A stretch of 64,000 nucleotides of DNA from Eledone cirrhosa (lineage: Eukaryota): contig OZ024741.1 of the NCBI GenBank assembly GCA_964016885.1, positions 330,026,001-330,090,000 of the forward strand, read 5' to 3'. Both the position numbers and the translations under genes were made by a program. Numbering within the stretch: position 1 is the stretch's first letter; the number at the start of each line of letters is the position of its first letter. Shown piece by piece: positions 12,201 through 27,200 of this stretch. The notes beneath the pieces were generated by a model that did no database searches, had not been told where the DNA came from, and saw only the letters and a program-made list of their open reading frames with translations.

Positions 12201-15200
12201 ATAAGGCAATGAATGAATACCACTATGAAGTAATAAGGCAATGAATGAAGACCACTGCACAGTAATAGGGCAATGAATGAAGACCACTGCACAGTAATAA
12301 GGCAATGAATGAAGACCACTTCACAGTAATAAGGCAATGAATGAAGACCACTATGAAGTAATAAGGCAATGAATGAAGACCACTGCACAGTAATAGGGCA
12401 ATGAATGAAGACCACTTCACAGTAATAGGGCAATGAATGAAGACCATTTCACAGTAATAAGGCAATGAATGAAGACCAATTCACAGTAATAGGGCAATGA
12501 ATGAAGACCACTGCACAGTAATAAGGCAATGAATGAAGACCACTATGAAGTAATAAGGCAATGAATGAAGACCACTGCACAGTAATAAGGCAATGAATGA
12601 AGACCACTGCACAGTAATAAGGCAATGAATGAAGACCACTATGAAGTAATAAGGCAATGAATGAAGACCACTGCACAATAATAGGGCAATGAATGAAGAC
12701 CACTATGAAGTAATAGGGCAATGAATGAAGACCACTGCACAGTAATAGGGCAATGAATGAAGACCACTGCACAGTAATAAGGCAATGAATGAAGACCACT
12801 GCACAGTAATAAGGCAATGAATGAAGACCACTGCACAATAATAGGGCAATGAATGAAGACCACTATGAAGTAATAAGGCAATGAATGAAGACCACTGCAC
12901 AGTAATAAGGCAATGAATGAAGACCACTATGAAGTAATAGGGCAATGAATGAAGACCACTGCACAGTAATAGGGCAATGAATGAAGACCACTGCACAGTA
13001 ATAAGGCAATGAATGAAGACCACTGCACAGTAATAAGGCAATGAATGAAGACCACTGCACAATAATAGGGCAATGAATGAAGACCACTATGAAGTAATAA
13101 GGCAATGAATGAAGACCACTGCACAGTAATAAGGCAATGAATGAAGACCACTGCACAGTAATAAGGCAATGAATGAAGACCACTATGAAGTAATAAGGCA
13201 ATGAATGAAGACCACTGCACAATAATAGGGCAATGAATGAAGACCACTATGAAGTAATAGGGCAATGAATGAAGACCACTGCACAGTAATAGGGCAATGA
13301 ATGAAGACCACTATGAAGTAATAGGGCAATGAATGAAGACCACTGCACAGTAATAAGGCAATGAATGAAGACCACTGCACAGTAATAAGGCAATGAATGA
13401 AGACCACTGCACAATAATAGGGCAATGAATGAAGACCACTATGAAGTAATAAGGCAATGAATGAAGACCACTGCACAGTAATAAGGCAATGAATGAAGAC
13501 CACTGCACAGTAATAAGGCAATGAATGAAGACCACTATGAAGTAATAAGGCAATGAATGAAGACCACTGCACAGTAATAGGGCAATGAATGAAGACCACT
13601 ATGAAGTAATAGGGCAATGAATGAAGACCACTGCACAGTAATAGGGCAATGAATGAAGACCACTATGAAGTAATAGGGCAATGAATGAAGACCACTGCAC
13701 AGTAATAAGGCAATGAATGAAGACCACTTCACAGTAATAAGGCAATGAATGAAGACCACTGCACAGTAATAAGGCAATGAATGAAGACCACTGCACAGTA
13801 ATAGGGCAATGAATGAAGACCACTGCACAGTAATAGGGCAATGAATGAAGACCACTATGAAGTAATAGGGCAATGAATGAAGACCACTGCACAGTAATAA
13901 GGCAATGAATGAAGACCACTGCACAGTAATAGGGCAATGAATGAAGACCACTATGAAGTAATAGGGCAATGAATGAAGACCACTGCACAGTAATAAGGCA
14001 ATGAATGAAGACCACTGCACAGTAATAAGGCAATGAATGAAGACCACTGCACAGTAATAGGGCAATGAATGAAGACCACTATGTAGTAATAGGGCAATGA
14101 ATGAAGACCACAGCACAGTAATAGGGCAATGAATGAAGACCACTGCACAGTAATAAGGCAATGAATGAAGACCACTATGAAGTAATAGGGCAATGAATGA
14201 AGACCAAAGCACAGTAATAGGGCAATGAATGAAGACCACTGCACAGTAATAAGGCAATGAATGAAGACCACTGCACAGTAATAGGGCAATGAATGAAGAC
14301 CACTTCACAGTAATAGGGCAATGAATGAAGACCACTATGAAGTAATAAGGCAATGAATGAAGACCACTGCACAGTAATAAGGCAATGAATGAAGACCACT
14401 GCACAGTAATAAGGCAATGAATGAAGACCACTGCACAGTAATAGGGCAATGAATGAAGACCACTATGTAGTAATAGGGCAATGAATGAAGACCACAGCAC
14501 AGTAATAGGGCAATGAATGAAGACCACTGCACAGTAATAAGGCAATGAATGAAGACCACTATGAAGTAATAGGGCAATGAATGAAGACCAAAGCACAGTA
14601 ATAGGGCAATGAATGAAGACCACTGCACAGTAATAAGGCAATGAATGAAGACCACTGCACAGTAATAAGGCAATGAATGAAGACCACTGCACAGTAATAA
14701 GGCAATGAATGAAGACCACTGCACAGTAATAGGGCAATGAATGAAGACCACTTCACAGTAATAGGGCAATGAATGAAGACCACTATGAAGTAATAAGGCA
14801 ATGAATGAAGACCACTGCACAGTAATAAGGCAATGAATGAAGACCACTGCACAGTAATAAGGCAATGAATGAAGACCACTGCACAGTAATAGGGCAATGA
14901 ATGAAGACCACTTCACAGTAATAAGGCAATGAATGAAGACCACTGCACAGTAATAAGGCAATGAATGAAGACCACTGCACAGTAATAAGGCAATGAATGA
15001 AGACCACTGCACAGTAATAGGGCAATGAATGAAGACCACTATGAAGTAATAAGGCAATGAATGAAGACCACTGCACAGTAATAAGGCAATGAATGAAGAC
15101 CACTGCACAGTAATAGGGCAATGAATGAAGACCACTTCACAGTAATAGGGCAATGAATGAAGACCACTATGAAGTAATAAGGCAATGAATGAAGACCACT

Positions 15201-18200
15201 GCACAGTAATAAGGCAATGAATGAAGACCACTGCACAGTAATAGGGCAATGAATGAAGACCACTTCACAGTAATAAGGCAATGAATGAAGACCACTATGA
15301 AGTAATAAGGCAATGAATGAAGACCACTGCACAGTAATAGGGCAATGAATGAAGACCACTTCACAGTAATAGGGCAATGAATGAAGACCACTTCACAGTA
15401 ATAGGGCAATGAATGAAGACCACTGCACAGTAATAGGGCAATGAATGAAGACCACTGCACAGTAATAAGACAATGAATGAAGACCACTTCACAGTAATAG
15501 GGCAATGAGTGAAGACCACTGCACAGTAATAGGGCAATGAATGAAGACCACTGCACAGTAATAAGGCAATGAATGAAGACCACTTCACAGTAATAGGGCA
15601 ATGAATGAAGACCACTGCACAGTAATAGGGCAATGAATGAAGACCACTGCACAGTAATAGGGCAATGAATGAAGACCACTGCACAGTAATAAGGCAATGA
15701 ATGAAGACCACTATGAAGTAATAAGGCAATGAATGAAGACCACTGCACAGTAATAAGGCAATGAATGAAGACCACTATGAAGTAATAAGGCAATGAATGA
15801 AGACCACTGCACAGTAATAGGGCAATGAATGAAGACCACTGCACAGTAATAAGGCAATGAATGAAGACCACTATGAAGTAATAAGGCAATGAATGAAGAC
15901 CACTGCACAGTAATAGGGCAATGAATGAAGACCATTTCACAGTAATAAGGCAATGAATGAAGACCAATTCACAGTAATAGGGCAATGAATGAAGACCACT
16001 CCACAGTAATAAGGCAATGAATGAAGACCACTGCACAGGAATAAGGCAATGAATGAAGACCACTTCACAGTAATAAGGCAATGAATGAAGACCACTGCAC
16101 AGTAATAAGGCAATGAATGAAGACCACTATGAAGTAATAGGGCAATGAATGAAGACCATTTCACAGTAATAAGGCAATGAATGAAGACCAATTCACAGTA
16201 ATAGGGCAATGAATGAAGACCACTCCACAGTAATAAGGCAATGAATGAAGACCACTGCACAGTAATAAGGCAATGAATGAAGACCACTATGAAGTAATAA
16301 GGCAATGAATGAAGACCACTGCACAGTAATAAGGCAATGAATGAAGACCACTGCACAGTAATAAGGCAATGAATGAAGACCACTATGAAGTAATAAGGCA
16401 ATGAATGAAGACCACTCCACAGTAATAAGGCAATGAATGAAGACCACTGCACAGTAATAAGGCAATGAATGAAGACCACTGCACAGTAATAGGGCAATGA
16501 ATGAAGACCACTGCACAGTAATAAGGCAATGAATGAAGACCACTGCACAGTAATAAGGCAATGAATGAAGACCACTATGAAGTAATAAGGCAATGAATGA
16601 AGACCACTGCACAATAATAGGGCAATGAATGAAGACCACTGCACAGTAATAGGGCAATGAATGAAGACCACTATGAAGTAATAGGGCAATGAATGAAGAC
16701 CACTGCACAGTAATAGGGCAATGAATGAAGACCACTATGAAGTAATAGGGCAATGAATGAAGACCACTGCACAGTAATAAGGCAATGAATGAAGACCACT
16801 TCACAGTAATAAGGCAATGAATGAAGACCACTGCACAGTAATAAGGCAATGAATGAAGACCACTGCACAGTAATAGGGCAATGAATGAAGACCACTGCAC
16901 AGTAATAGGGCAATGAATGAAGACCACTATGAAGTAATAGGGCAATGAATGAAGACCACTGCACAGTAATAAGGCAATGAATGAAGACCACTGCACAGTA
17001 ATAGGGCAATGAATGAAGACCACTATGAAGTAATAGGGCAATGAATGAAGACCACTGCACAGTAATAAGGCAATGAATGAAGACCACTGCACAGTAATAA
17101 GGCAATGAATGAAGACCACTGCACAGTAATAGGGCAATGAATGAAGACCACTGCACAGTAATAGGGCAATGAATGAAGACCACTGCACAGTAATAGGGCA
17201 ATGAATGAAGACCACTATGTAGTAATAAGGCAATGAATGAAGACCACTGCACAGTAATAAGGCAATGAATGAAGACCACTGCACAGTAATAAAGCAATGA
17301 ATGAAGACCACTTCACAGTAATAGGGCAATGAATGAAGACCACTTCACAGTAATAGGGCAATGAATGAAGACCACTATGAAGTAATAAGGCAATGAATGA
17401 AGACCACTGCACAGTAATAAGGCAATGAATGAAGACCACTGCACAGTAATAGGGCAATGAATGAAGACCACTTCACAGTAATAGGGCAATGAATGAAGAC
17501 CACTTCACAGTAATAGGGCAATGAATGAAGACCACTGCACAGTAATAGGGCAATGAATGAAGACCACTGCACAGTAATAGGGCAATGAATGAAGACCACT
17601 ATGTAGTAATAGGGCAATGAATGAAGACCACTGCACAGTAATAAGGCAATGAATGAAGACCACTGCACAGTAATAAAGCAATGAATGAAGACCACTTCAC
17701 AGTAATAGGGCAATGAATGAAGACCACTTCACAGTAATAGGGCAATGAATGAAGACCACTATGAAGTAATAAGGCAATGAATGAAGACCACTGCACAGTA
17801 ATAAGGCAATGAATGAAGACCACTGCACAGTAATAAGGCAATGAATGAAGACCACTATGAAGTAATAAGGCAATGAATGAAGACCACTGCACAGTAATAA
17901 GGCAATGAATGAAGACCACTGCACAGTAATAAGGCAATGAATGAAGACCACTATGAAGTAATAAGGCAATGAATGAAGACCACTGCACAATAATAGGGCA
18001 ATGAATGAAGACCACTGCACAGTAATAGGGCAATGAATGAAGACCACTATGAAGTAATAGGGCAATGAATGAAGACCACTGCACAGTAATAGGGCAATGA
18101 ATGAAGACCACTTCACAGTAATAAGGCAATGAATGAAGACCACTATGAAGTAATAAGGCAATGAATGAAGGCCATTTCACAGTAATAAGGCAATGAATGA

Positions 18201-21200
18201 AGACCACTTTACAGTAATAGGGCAATGAATGAAGACCATTTCACAGTAATAAGGCAATGAATGAAGACCACTGCACAGTAATAGGGCAATGAATGAAGAC
18301 CACTGCACAGTAATAGGGCAATGAATGAAGACCACTCCACAGTAATAAGGCAATGAATGAAGACCACTTCACAGTAATAGGGCAATGAATGAAGACCACT
18401 TCACAGTAATAGGGCAATGAATGAAGACCACTCCACAGTAATAAGGCAATGAATGAAGACCACTTCACAGTAATAAGGCAATGAATGAAGACCATTTCAC
18501 AGAAATAAGGCAATGAATTAAGACCACTGCACAGTAATAGGGCAATGAATGAAGACCATTTCACAGTAATAAGGCAATGAATGAAGACCACTGCACAGTA
18601 ATAGGGCAATGAATGAAGACCACTATGAAGTAATAAGGCAATGAATGAAGACCACTATGTAGTAATAAGGCAATGAATGAAGACCACTGCACAGTAATAG
18701 GGCAATGAATGAAGACCACTGCACAGTAATAAGGCAATGAATGAAGACCACTATGAAGTAATAAGGCAATGAATGAAGACCACTTCACAGTAATAGGGCA
18801 ATGAATGAAGACCACTTCACAGTTATAAGGCAATGAATGAAGACCACTGCACAGTAATAAGGCAATGAATGAAGACCACTCCACAGTAATAGGGCAATGA
18901 ATGAAGACCACTTCACAGTAATAAGGCAATGAATGAAGACCACTGCACAGTAATAGGGCAATGAATGAAGACCACTATGAAGTAATAAGGCAATGAATGA
19001 AGACCACTATGTAGTAATAAGGCAATGAATGAAGACCACTGCACAGTAATAGGGCAATGAATGAAGACCACTGCACAGTAATAAGGCAATGAATGAAGAC
19101 CACTTCACAGTAATAGGGCAATGAATGAAGACCACTTCACAGTTATAAGGCAATGAATGAAGACCACTGCACAGTAATAAGTCAATGAATGAAGACCACT
19201 ATGAAGTAATAAGGCAATGAATGAAGACCACTTCACAGTAATAGGGCAATGAATGAAGACCACTGCACAGTAATAAGACAATGAATGAAGACCACTTCAC
19301 AGTAATAGGGCAATGAGTGAAGACCACTGCACAGTAATAGGGCAATGAATGAAGACCACTGCACAGTAATAAGGCAATGAATGAAGACCACTTCACAGTA
19401 ATAGGGCAATGAATGAAGACCACTGCACAGTAATAGGGCAATGAATGAAGACCACTGCACAGTAATAGGGCAATGAATGAAGACCACTGCACAGTAATAA
19501 GGCAATGAATGAAGACCACTATGAAGTAATAAGGCAATGAATGAAGACCACTGCACAGTAATAAGGCAATGAATGAAGACCACTATGAAGTAATAAGGCA
19601 ATGAATGAAGACCACTGCACAGTAATAGGGCAATGAATGAAGACCACTGCACAGTAATAAGGCAATGAATGAAGACCACTATGAAGTAATAAGGCAATGA
19701 ATGAAGACCACTGCACAGTAATAGGGCAATGAATGAAGACCATTTCACAGTAATAAGGCAATGAATGAAGACCAATTCACAGTAATAGGGCAATGAATGA
19801 AGACCACTCCACAGTAATAAGGCAATGAATGAAGACCACTGCACAGGAATAAGGCAATGAATGAAGACCACTTCACAGTAATAAGGCAATGAATGAAGAC
19901 CACTGCACAGTAATAAGGCAATGAATGAAGACCACTATGAAGTAATAGGGCAATGAATGAAGACCATTTCACAGTAATAAGGCAATGAATGAAGACCAAT
20001 TCACAGTAATAGGGCAATGAATGAAGACCACTCCACAGTAATAAGGCAATGAATGAAGACCACTGCACAGTAATAAGGCAATGAATGAAGACCACTATGA
20101 AGTAATAAGGCAATGAATGAAGACCACTGCACAGTAATAAGGCAATGAATGAAGACCACTGCACAGTAATAAGGCAATGAATGAAGACCACTATGAAGTA
20201 ATAAGGCAATGAATGAAGACCACTCCACAGTAATAAGGCAATGAATGAAGACCACTGCACAGTAATAAGGCAATGAATGAAGACCACTGCACAGTAATAG
20301 GGCAATGAATGAAGACCACTGCACAGTAATAAGGCAATGAATGAAGACCACTGCACAGTAATAAGGCAATGAATGAAGACCACTATGAAGTAATAAGGCA
20401 ATGAATGAAGACCACTGCACAATAATAGGGCAATGAATGAAGACCACTGCACAGTAATAGGGCAATGAATGAAGACCACTATGAAGTAATAGGGCAATGA
20501 ATGAAGACCACTGCACAGTAATAGGGCAATGAATGAAGACCACTATGAAGTAATAGGGCAATGAATGAAGACCACTGCACAGTAATAAGGCAATGAATGA
20601 AGACCACTTCACAGTAATAAGGCAATGAATGAAGACCACTGCACAGTAATAAGGCAATGAATGAAGACCACTGCACAGTAATAGGGCAATGAATGAAGAC
20701 CACTGCACAGTAATAGGGCAATGAATGAAGACCACTATGAAGTAATAGGGCAATGAATGAAGACCACTGCACAGTAATAAGGCAATGAATGAAGACCACT
20801 GCACAGTAATAGGGCAATGAATGAAGACCACTATGAAGTAATAGGGCAATGAATGAAGACCACTGCACAGTAATAAGGCAATGAATGAAGACCACTGCAC
20901 AGTAATAAGGCAATGAATGAAGACCACTGCACAGTAATAGGGCAATGAATGAAGACCACTGCACAGTAATAGGGCAATGAATGAAGACCACTGCACAGTA
21001 ATAGGGCAATGAATGAAGACCACTATGTAGTAATAAGGCAATGAATGAAGACCACTGCACAGTAATAAGGCAATGAATGAAGACCACTGCACAGTAATAA
21101 AGCAATGAATGAAGACCACTTCACAGTAATAGGGCAATGAATGAAGACCACTTCACAGTAATAGGGCAATGAATGAAGACCACTATGAAGTAATAAGGCA

Positions 21201-24200
21201 ATGAATGAAGACCACTGCACAGTAATAAGGCAATGAATGAAGACCACTGCACAGTAATAGGGCAATGAATGAAGACCACTTCACAGTAATAGGGCAATGA
21301 ATGAAGACCACTTCACAGTAATAGGGCAATGAATGAAGACCACTGCACAGTAATAGGGCAATGAATGAAGACCACTGCACAGTAATAGGGCAATGAATGA
21401 AGACCACTATGTAGTAATAGGGCAATGAATGAAGACCACTGCACAGTAATAAGGCAATGAATGAAGACCACTGCACAGTAATAAAGCAATGAATGAAGAC
21501 CACTTCACAGTAATAGGGCAATGAATGAAGACCACTTCACAGTAATAGGGCAATGAATGAAGACCACTATGAAGTAATAAGGCAATGAATGAAGACCACT
21601 GCACAGTAATAAGGCAATGAATGAAGACCACTGCACAGTAATAAGGCAATGAATGAAGACCACTATGAAGTAATAAGGCAATGAATGAAGACCACTGCAC
21701 AGTAATAAGGCAATGAATGAAGACCACTGCACAGTAATAAGGCAATGAATGAAGACCACTATGAAGTAATAAGGCAATGAATGAAGACCACTGCACAATA
21801 ATAGGGCAATGAATGAAGACCACTGCACAGTAATAGGGCAATGAATGAAGACCACTATGAAGTAATAGGGCAATGAATGAAGACCACTGCACAGTAATAG
21901 GGCAATGAATGAAGACCACTTCACAGTAATAAGGCAATGAATGAAGACCACTATGAAGTAATAAGGCAATGAATGAAGGCCATTTCACAGTAATAAGGCA
22001 ATGAATGAAGACCACTTTACAGTAATAGGGCAATGAATGAAGACCATTTCACAGTAATAAGGCAATGAATGAAGACCACTGCACAGTAATAGGGCAATGA
22101 ATGAAGACCACTGCACAGTAATAGGGCAATGAATGAAGACCACTCCACAGTAATAAGGCAATGAATGAAGACCACTTCACAGTAATAGGGCAATGAATGA
22201 AGACCACTTCACAGTAATAGGGCAATGAATGAAGACCACTCCACAGTAATAAGGCAATGAATGAAGACCACTTCACAGTAATAAGGCAATGAATGAAGAC
22301 CATTTCACAGAAATAAGGCAATGAATTAAGACCACTGCACAGTAATAGGGCAATGAATGAAGACCATTTCACAGTAATAAGGCAATGAATGAAGACCACT
22401 GCACAGTAATAGGGCAATGAATGAAGACCACTATGAAGTAATAAGGCAATGAATGAAGACCACTATGTAGTAATAAGGCAATGAATGAAGACCACTGCAC
22501 AGTAATAGGGCAATGAATGAAGACCACTGCACAGTAATAAGGCAATGAATGAAGACCACTATGAAGTAATAAGGCAATGAATGAAGACCACTTCACAGTA
22601 ATAGGGCAATGAATGAAGACCACTTCACAGTTATAAGGCAATGAATGAAGACCACTGCACAGTAATAAGGCAATGAATGAAGACCACTCCACAGTAATAG
22701 GGCAATGAATGAAGACCACTTCACAGTAATAAGGCAATGAATGAAGACCACTGCACAGTAATAGGGCAATGAATGAAGACCACTATGAAGTAATAAGGCA
22801 ATGAATGAAGACCACTATGTAGTAATAAGGCAATGAATGAAGACCACTGCACAGTAATAGGGCAATGAATGAAGACCACTGCACAGTAATAAGGCAATGA
22901 ATGAAGACCACTTCACAGTAATAGGGCAATGAATGAAGACCACTTCACAGTTATAAGGCAATGAATGAAGACCACTGCACAGTAATAAGTCAATGAATGA
23001 AGACCACTATGAAGTAATAAGGCAATGAATGAAGACCACTTCACAGTAATAGGGCAATGAATGAAGACCACTTCACAGTTATAAGGCAATGAATGAAGAC
23101 CACTGCACAGTAATAAGGCAATGAATGAAGACCACTATGAAGTAATAAGGCAATGAATGCAGACCACTGCACAGTAATAAGGCAATGAATGAAGACCACT
23201 GCACAGTAATAAGGCAATGAATGAAGACCACTGCACAGTAATAAGGCAATGAATGAAGACCATTTCACAGTAATAAGGCAATGAATGAAGACCACTATGA
23301 AGTAATAAGGCAATGAATGAAGACCATTTCACAGTAATAAGGCAATGAATGAAGACCACTTCACAGTAATAGGGCAATGAATGAAGACCATTTCACAGTA
23401 ATAAGGCAATGAATGAAGACCACTGCACAGTAATAGGGCAATGAATGAAGACGATTTCACAGTAATAGGGCAATGAATGAAGACCACTGCACAGTAATAG
23501 GGCAATGAATGAAGACGATTTCACAGTAATAGGGCAATGAATGAAGACCATTTCACAGTAATAGGGCAATGAATGAAGACCATTTCACAGTAATAGGGCA
23601 ATGAATGAAGACCATTCCACAGTAATAGGGCAATGAATGAAGACCACTGCACAGTAATAGGGCAATGAATGAAGACGATTTCACAGTAATAGGGCAATGA
23701 TTGAAGACCATTTCACAGTAATAGGGCAATGAATGAAGACCATTTCACAGTAATAGGGCAATGAATGAAGACCATTTCACAGTAATAGGGCAATGAATGA
23801 AGACCATTTCACAGTAATAGGGCAATGAATGAAGACCATTTCACAGAAATAAGGCAATGAATGAAGACCACTTCACAGTAATAAGGCAATGAATGAAGAC
23901 CACTATGCAGTAATAAGGCAATGAATGAAGACCATTTCACAGAAATAAGGCAATGAATGAAGACCATTTCACAGAAATAAGGCAATGAATGAAGACCATT
24001 CCACAGTAATAGGGCAATGAATGAAGACCATTCCACAGTAATAGGGCAATGAATGAAGACCATTCCACAGTAATAGGGCAATGAATGAAGACCACTTCAC
24101 AGTAATAAGGCAATGAATGAAGACCACTTCACAGTAATAAGGCAATGAATGAAGACCACTTCACAGTAATAGGGCAATGAATGAAGACCACTATGAAGTA

Positions 24201-27200
24201 ACAAGGCAATGAATGAAGACCACTTCACAGTAATAAGGCAATGAATGAAGACCACTATGCAGTAATAAGGCAATGAATGAAGACCACTTCACAGTAATAA
24301 GGCAATGAATGAAGACCACTGCACAGTAATAAGGCAATGAATGAAGACCACTGCACAGTAATAAGGCAATGAATGAAGACCATTTCACAGAAATAAGGCA
24401 ATGAATGAAGACCACTGCACAGTAATAGGGCAATGAATGAAGACCATTTCACAGTAATAAGGCAATGAATGAAGACCACTGCACAGTAATAAGGCAATGA
24501 ATGAAGACCATTTCACAGAAATAAGGCAATGAATGAAGACCACTGCACAGTAATAGGGCAATGAATGAAGACCACTTCACAGTAATAGGGCAATGAATGA
24601 AGACCACTTCACAGTAATAGGGCAATGAATGAAGACCACTTCACAGTAATAGGGCAATGAATGAAGACCATTTCACAGAAATAAGGCAATGAATGAAGAC
24701 CACTTCACAGTAATAAGGCAATGAATGAAGACCACTTCACAGTAATAAGGCAATGAATGAAGACCACTTCACAGTAATAAGGCAATGAATGAAGACCACT
24801 TCACAGTAATAGGGCAATGAATGAAGACCACTTCACAGTAATAGGGCAATGAATGAAGACCACTTCACAGTAATAAGGCAATGAATGAAGACCACTTCAC
24901 AGTAATAAGGCAATGAATGAAGACCACTTCACAGTAATAAGGCAATGAATGAAGACCACTTCACAGTAATAGGGCAATGAATGAAGACCACTTCACAGTA
25001 ATAAGGCAATGAATGAAGACCACTTCACAGTAATAGGGCAATGAATGAAGACCACTGCACAGTAATAAGGCAATGAATGAAGACCACTGCACAGTAATAA
25101 GGCAATGAATGAAGACCACTTCACAGTAATAAGGCAATGAATGAAGACCACTGCACAGTAATAAGGCAATGAATGAAGACCACTTCACAGTAATAAGGCA
25201 ATGAATGAAGACCACTGCACAGTAATAAGGCAATGAATGAAGACCACTGCACAGTAATAAGGCAATGAATGAAGACCACTTCACAGTAATAAGGCAATGA
25301 ATGAAGACCACTGCACAGTAATAAGGCAATGAATGAAGACCACTTCACAGTAATAAGGCAATGAATGAAGACCACTGCACAGTAATAAGGCAATGAATGA
25401 AGACCACTTCACAGTAATAGGGCAATGAATGAAGACCACTTCACAGTAATAGGGCAATGAATGAAGACCACTGCACAGTAATAAGGCAATGAATGAAGAC
25501 CACTGCACAGTAATAAGGCAATGAATGAAGACCACTTCACAGTAATAAGGCAATGAATGAAGACCACTGCACAGTAATAAGGCAATGAATGAAGACCACT
25601 TCACAGTAATAAGGCAATGAATGAAGACCACTTCACAGTAATAGGGCAATGAATGAAGACCACTGCACAGTAATAAGGCAATGAATGAAGACCACTTCAC
25701 AGTAATAAGGCAATGAATGAAGACCACTTCACAGTAATAGGGCAATGAATGAAGACCACTTCACAGTAATAGGGCAATGAATGAAGACCACTGCACAGTA
25801 ATAAGGCAATGAATGAAGACCACTGCACAGTAATAAGGCAATGAATGAAGACCACTTCACAGTAATAAGGCAATGAATGAAGACCACTGCACAGTAATAA
25901 GGCAATGAATGAAGACCACTTCACAGTAATAAGGCAATGAATGAAGACCACTTCACAGTAATAGGGCAATGAATGAAGACCACTGCACAGTAATAAGGCA
26001 ATGAATGAAGACCACTTCACAGAAATAAGGCAATGAATGAAGACCACTGCACAGTAATAAGGCAATGAATGAAGACCACTGCACAGTAATAAGGCAATGA
26101 ATGAAGACCACTTCACAGTAATAAGGCAATGAATGAAGACCACTGCACAGTAATAAGGCAATGAATGAAGACCACTTCACAGTAATAAGGCAATGAATGA
26201 AGACCACTTCACAGTAATAGGGCAATGAATGAAGACCACTGCACAGTAATAAGGCAATGAATGAAGACCACTTCACAGTAATAAGGCAATGAATGAAGAC
26301 CACTGCACAGTAATAAGGCAATGAATGAAGACCACTGCACAGTAATAAGGCAATGAATGAAGACCACTTCACAGTAATAAGGCAATGAATGAAGACCACT
26401 GCACAGTAATAAGGCAATGAATGAAGACCACTGCACAGTAATAAGGCAATGAATGAAGACCACTTCACAGTAATAAGGCAATGAATGAAGACCACTTCAC
26501 AGTAATAAGGCAATGAATGAAGACCACTGCACAGTAATAAGGCAATGAATGAAGACCACTTCACAGTAATAAGGCAATGAATGAAGACCACTTCACAGTA
26601 ATAAGGCAATGAATGAAGACCACTGCACAGTAATAAGGCAATGAATGAAGACCACTTCACAGTAATAAGGCAATGAATGAAGACCACTTCACAGTAATAA
26701 GGCAATGAATGAAGACCACTGCACAGTAATAAGGCAATGAATGAAGACCACTTCACAGTAATAAGGCAATGAATGAAGACCACTGCACAGTAATAAGGCA
26801 ATGAATGAAGACCATTCCACAGTAATAAGGCAATGAATGAAGACCATTCCACAGTAATAAGGCAATGAATGAAGACCATTCCACAGTAATAAGGCAATGA
26901 ATGAAGACCATTCCACAGTAATAAGGCAATGAATGAAGACCACTTCCACAGTAATAAGGCAATGAATGAAGACCATTCACAGTAATAAGGCAATGAATGA
27001 AGACCATTTCACAGTAATAGGGCAATGAATGAAGACCATTCCACAGTAATAGGGCAATGAATGAAGACCATTCCACAGTAATAAGGCAATGAATGAAGAC
27101 CATTCCACAGTAATAAGGCAATGAATGAAGACCATTCCACAGTAATAGGGCAATGAATGAAGACCATTTCACAGTAATAAGGCAATGAATGAAGACCATT

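Noticed and set aside
26941-26985. Adjacent 33-bp and 31-bp units
   Set aside because: Compensating +1/-1 in neighbouring units looks like a consensus error.
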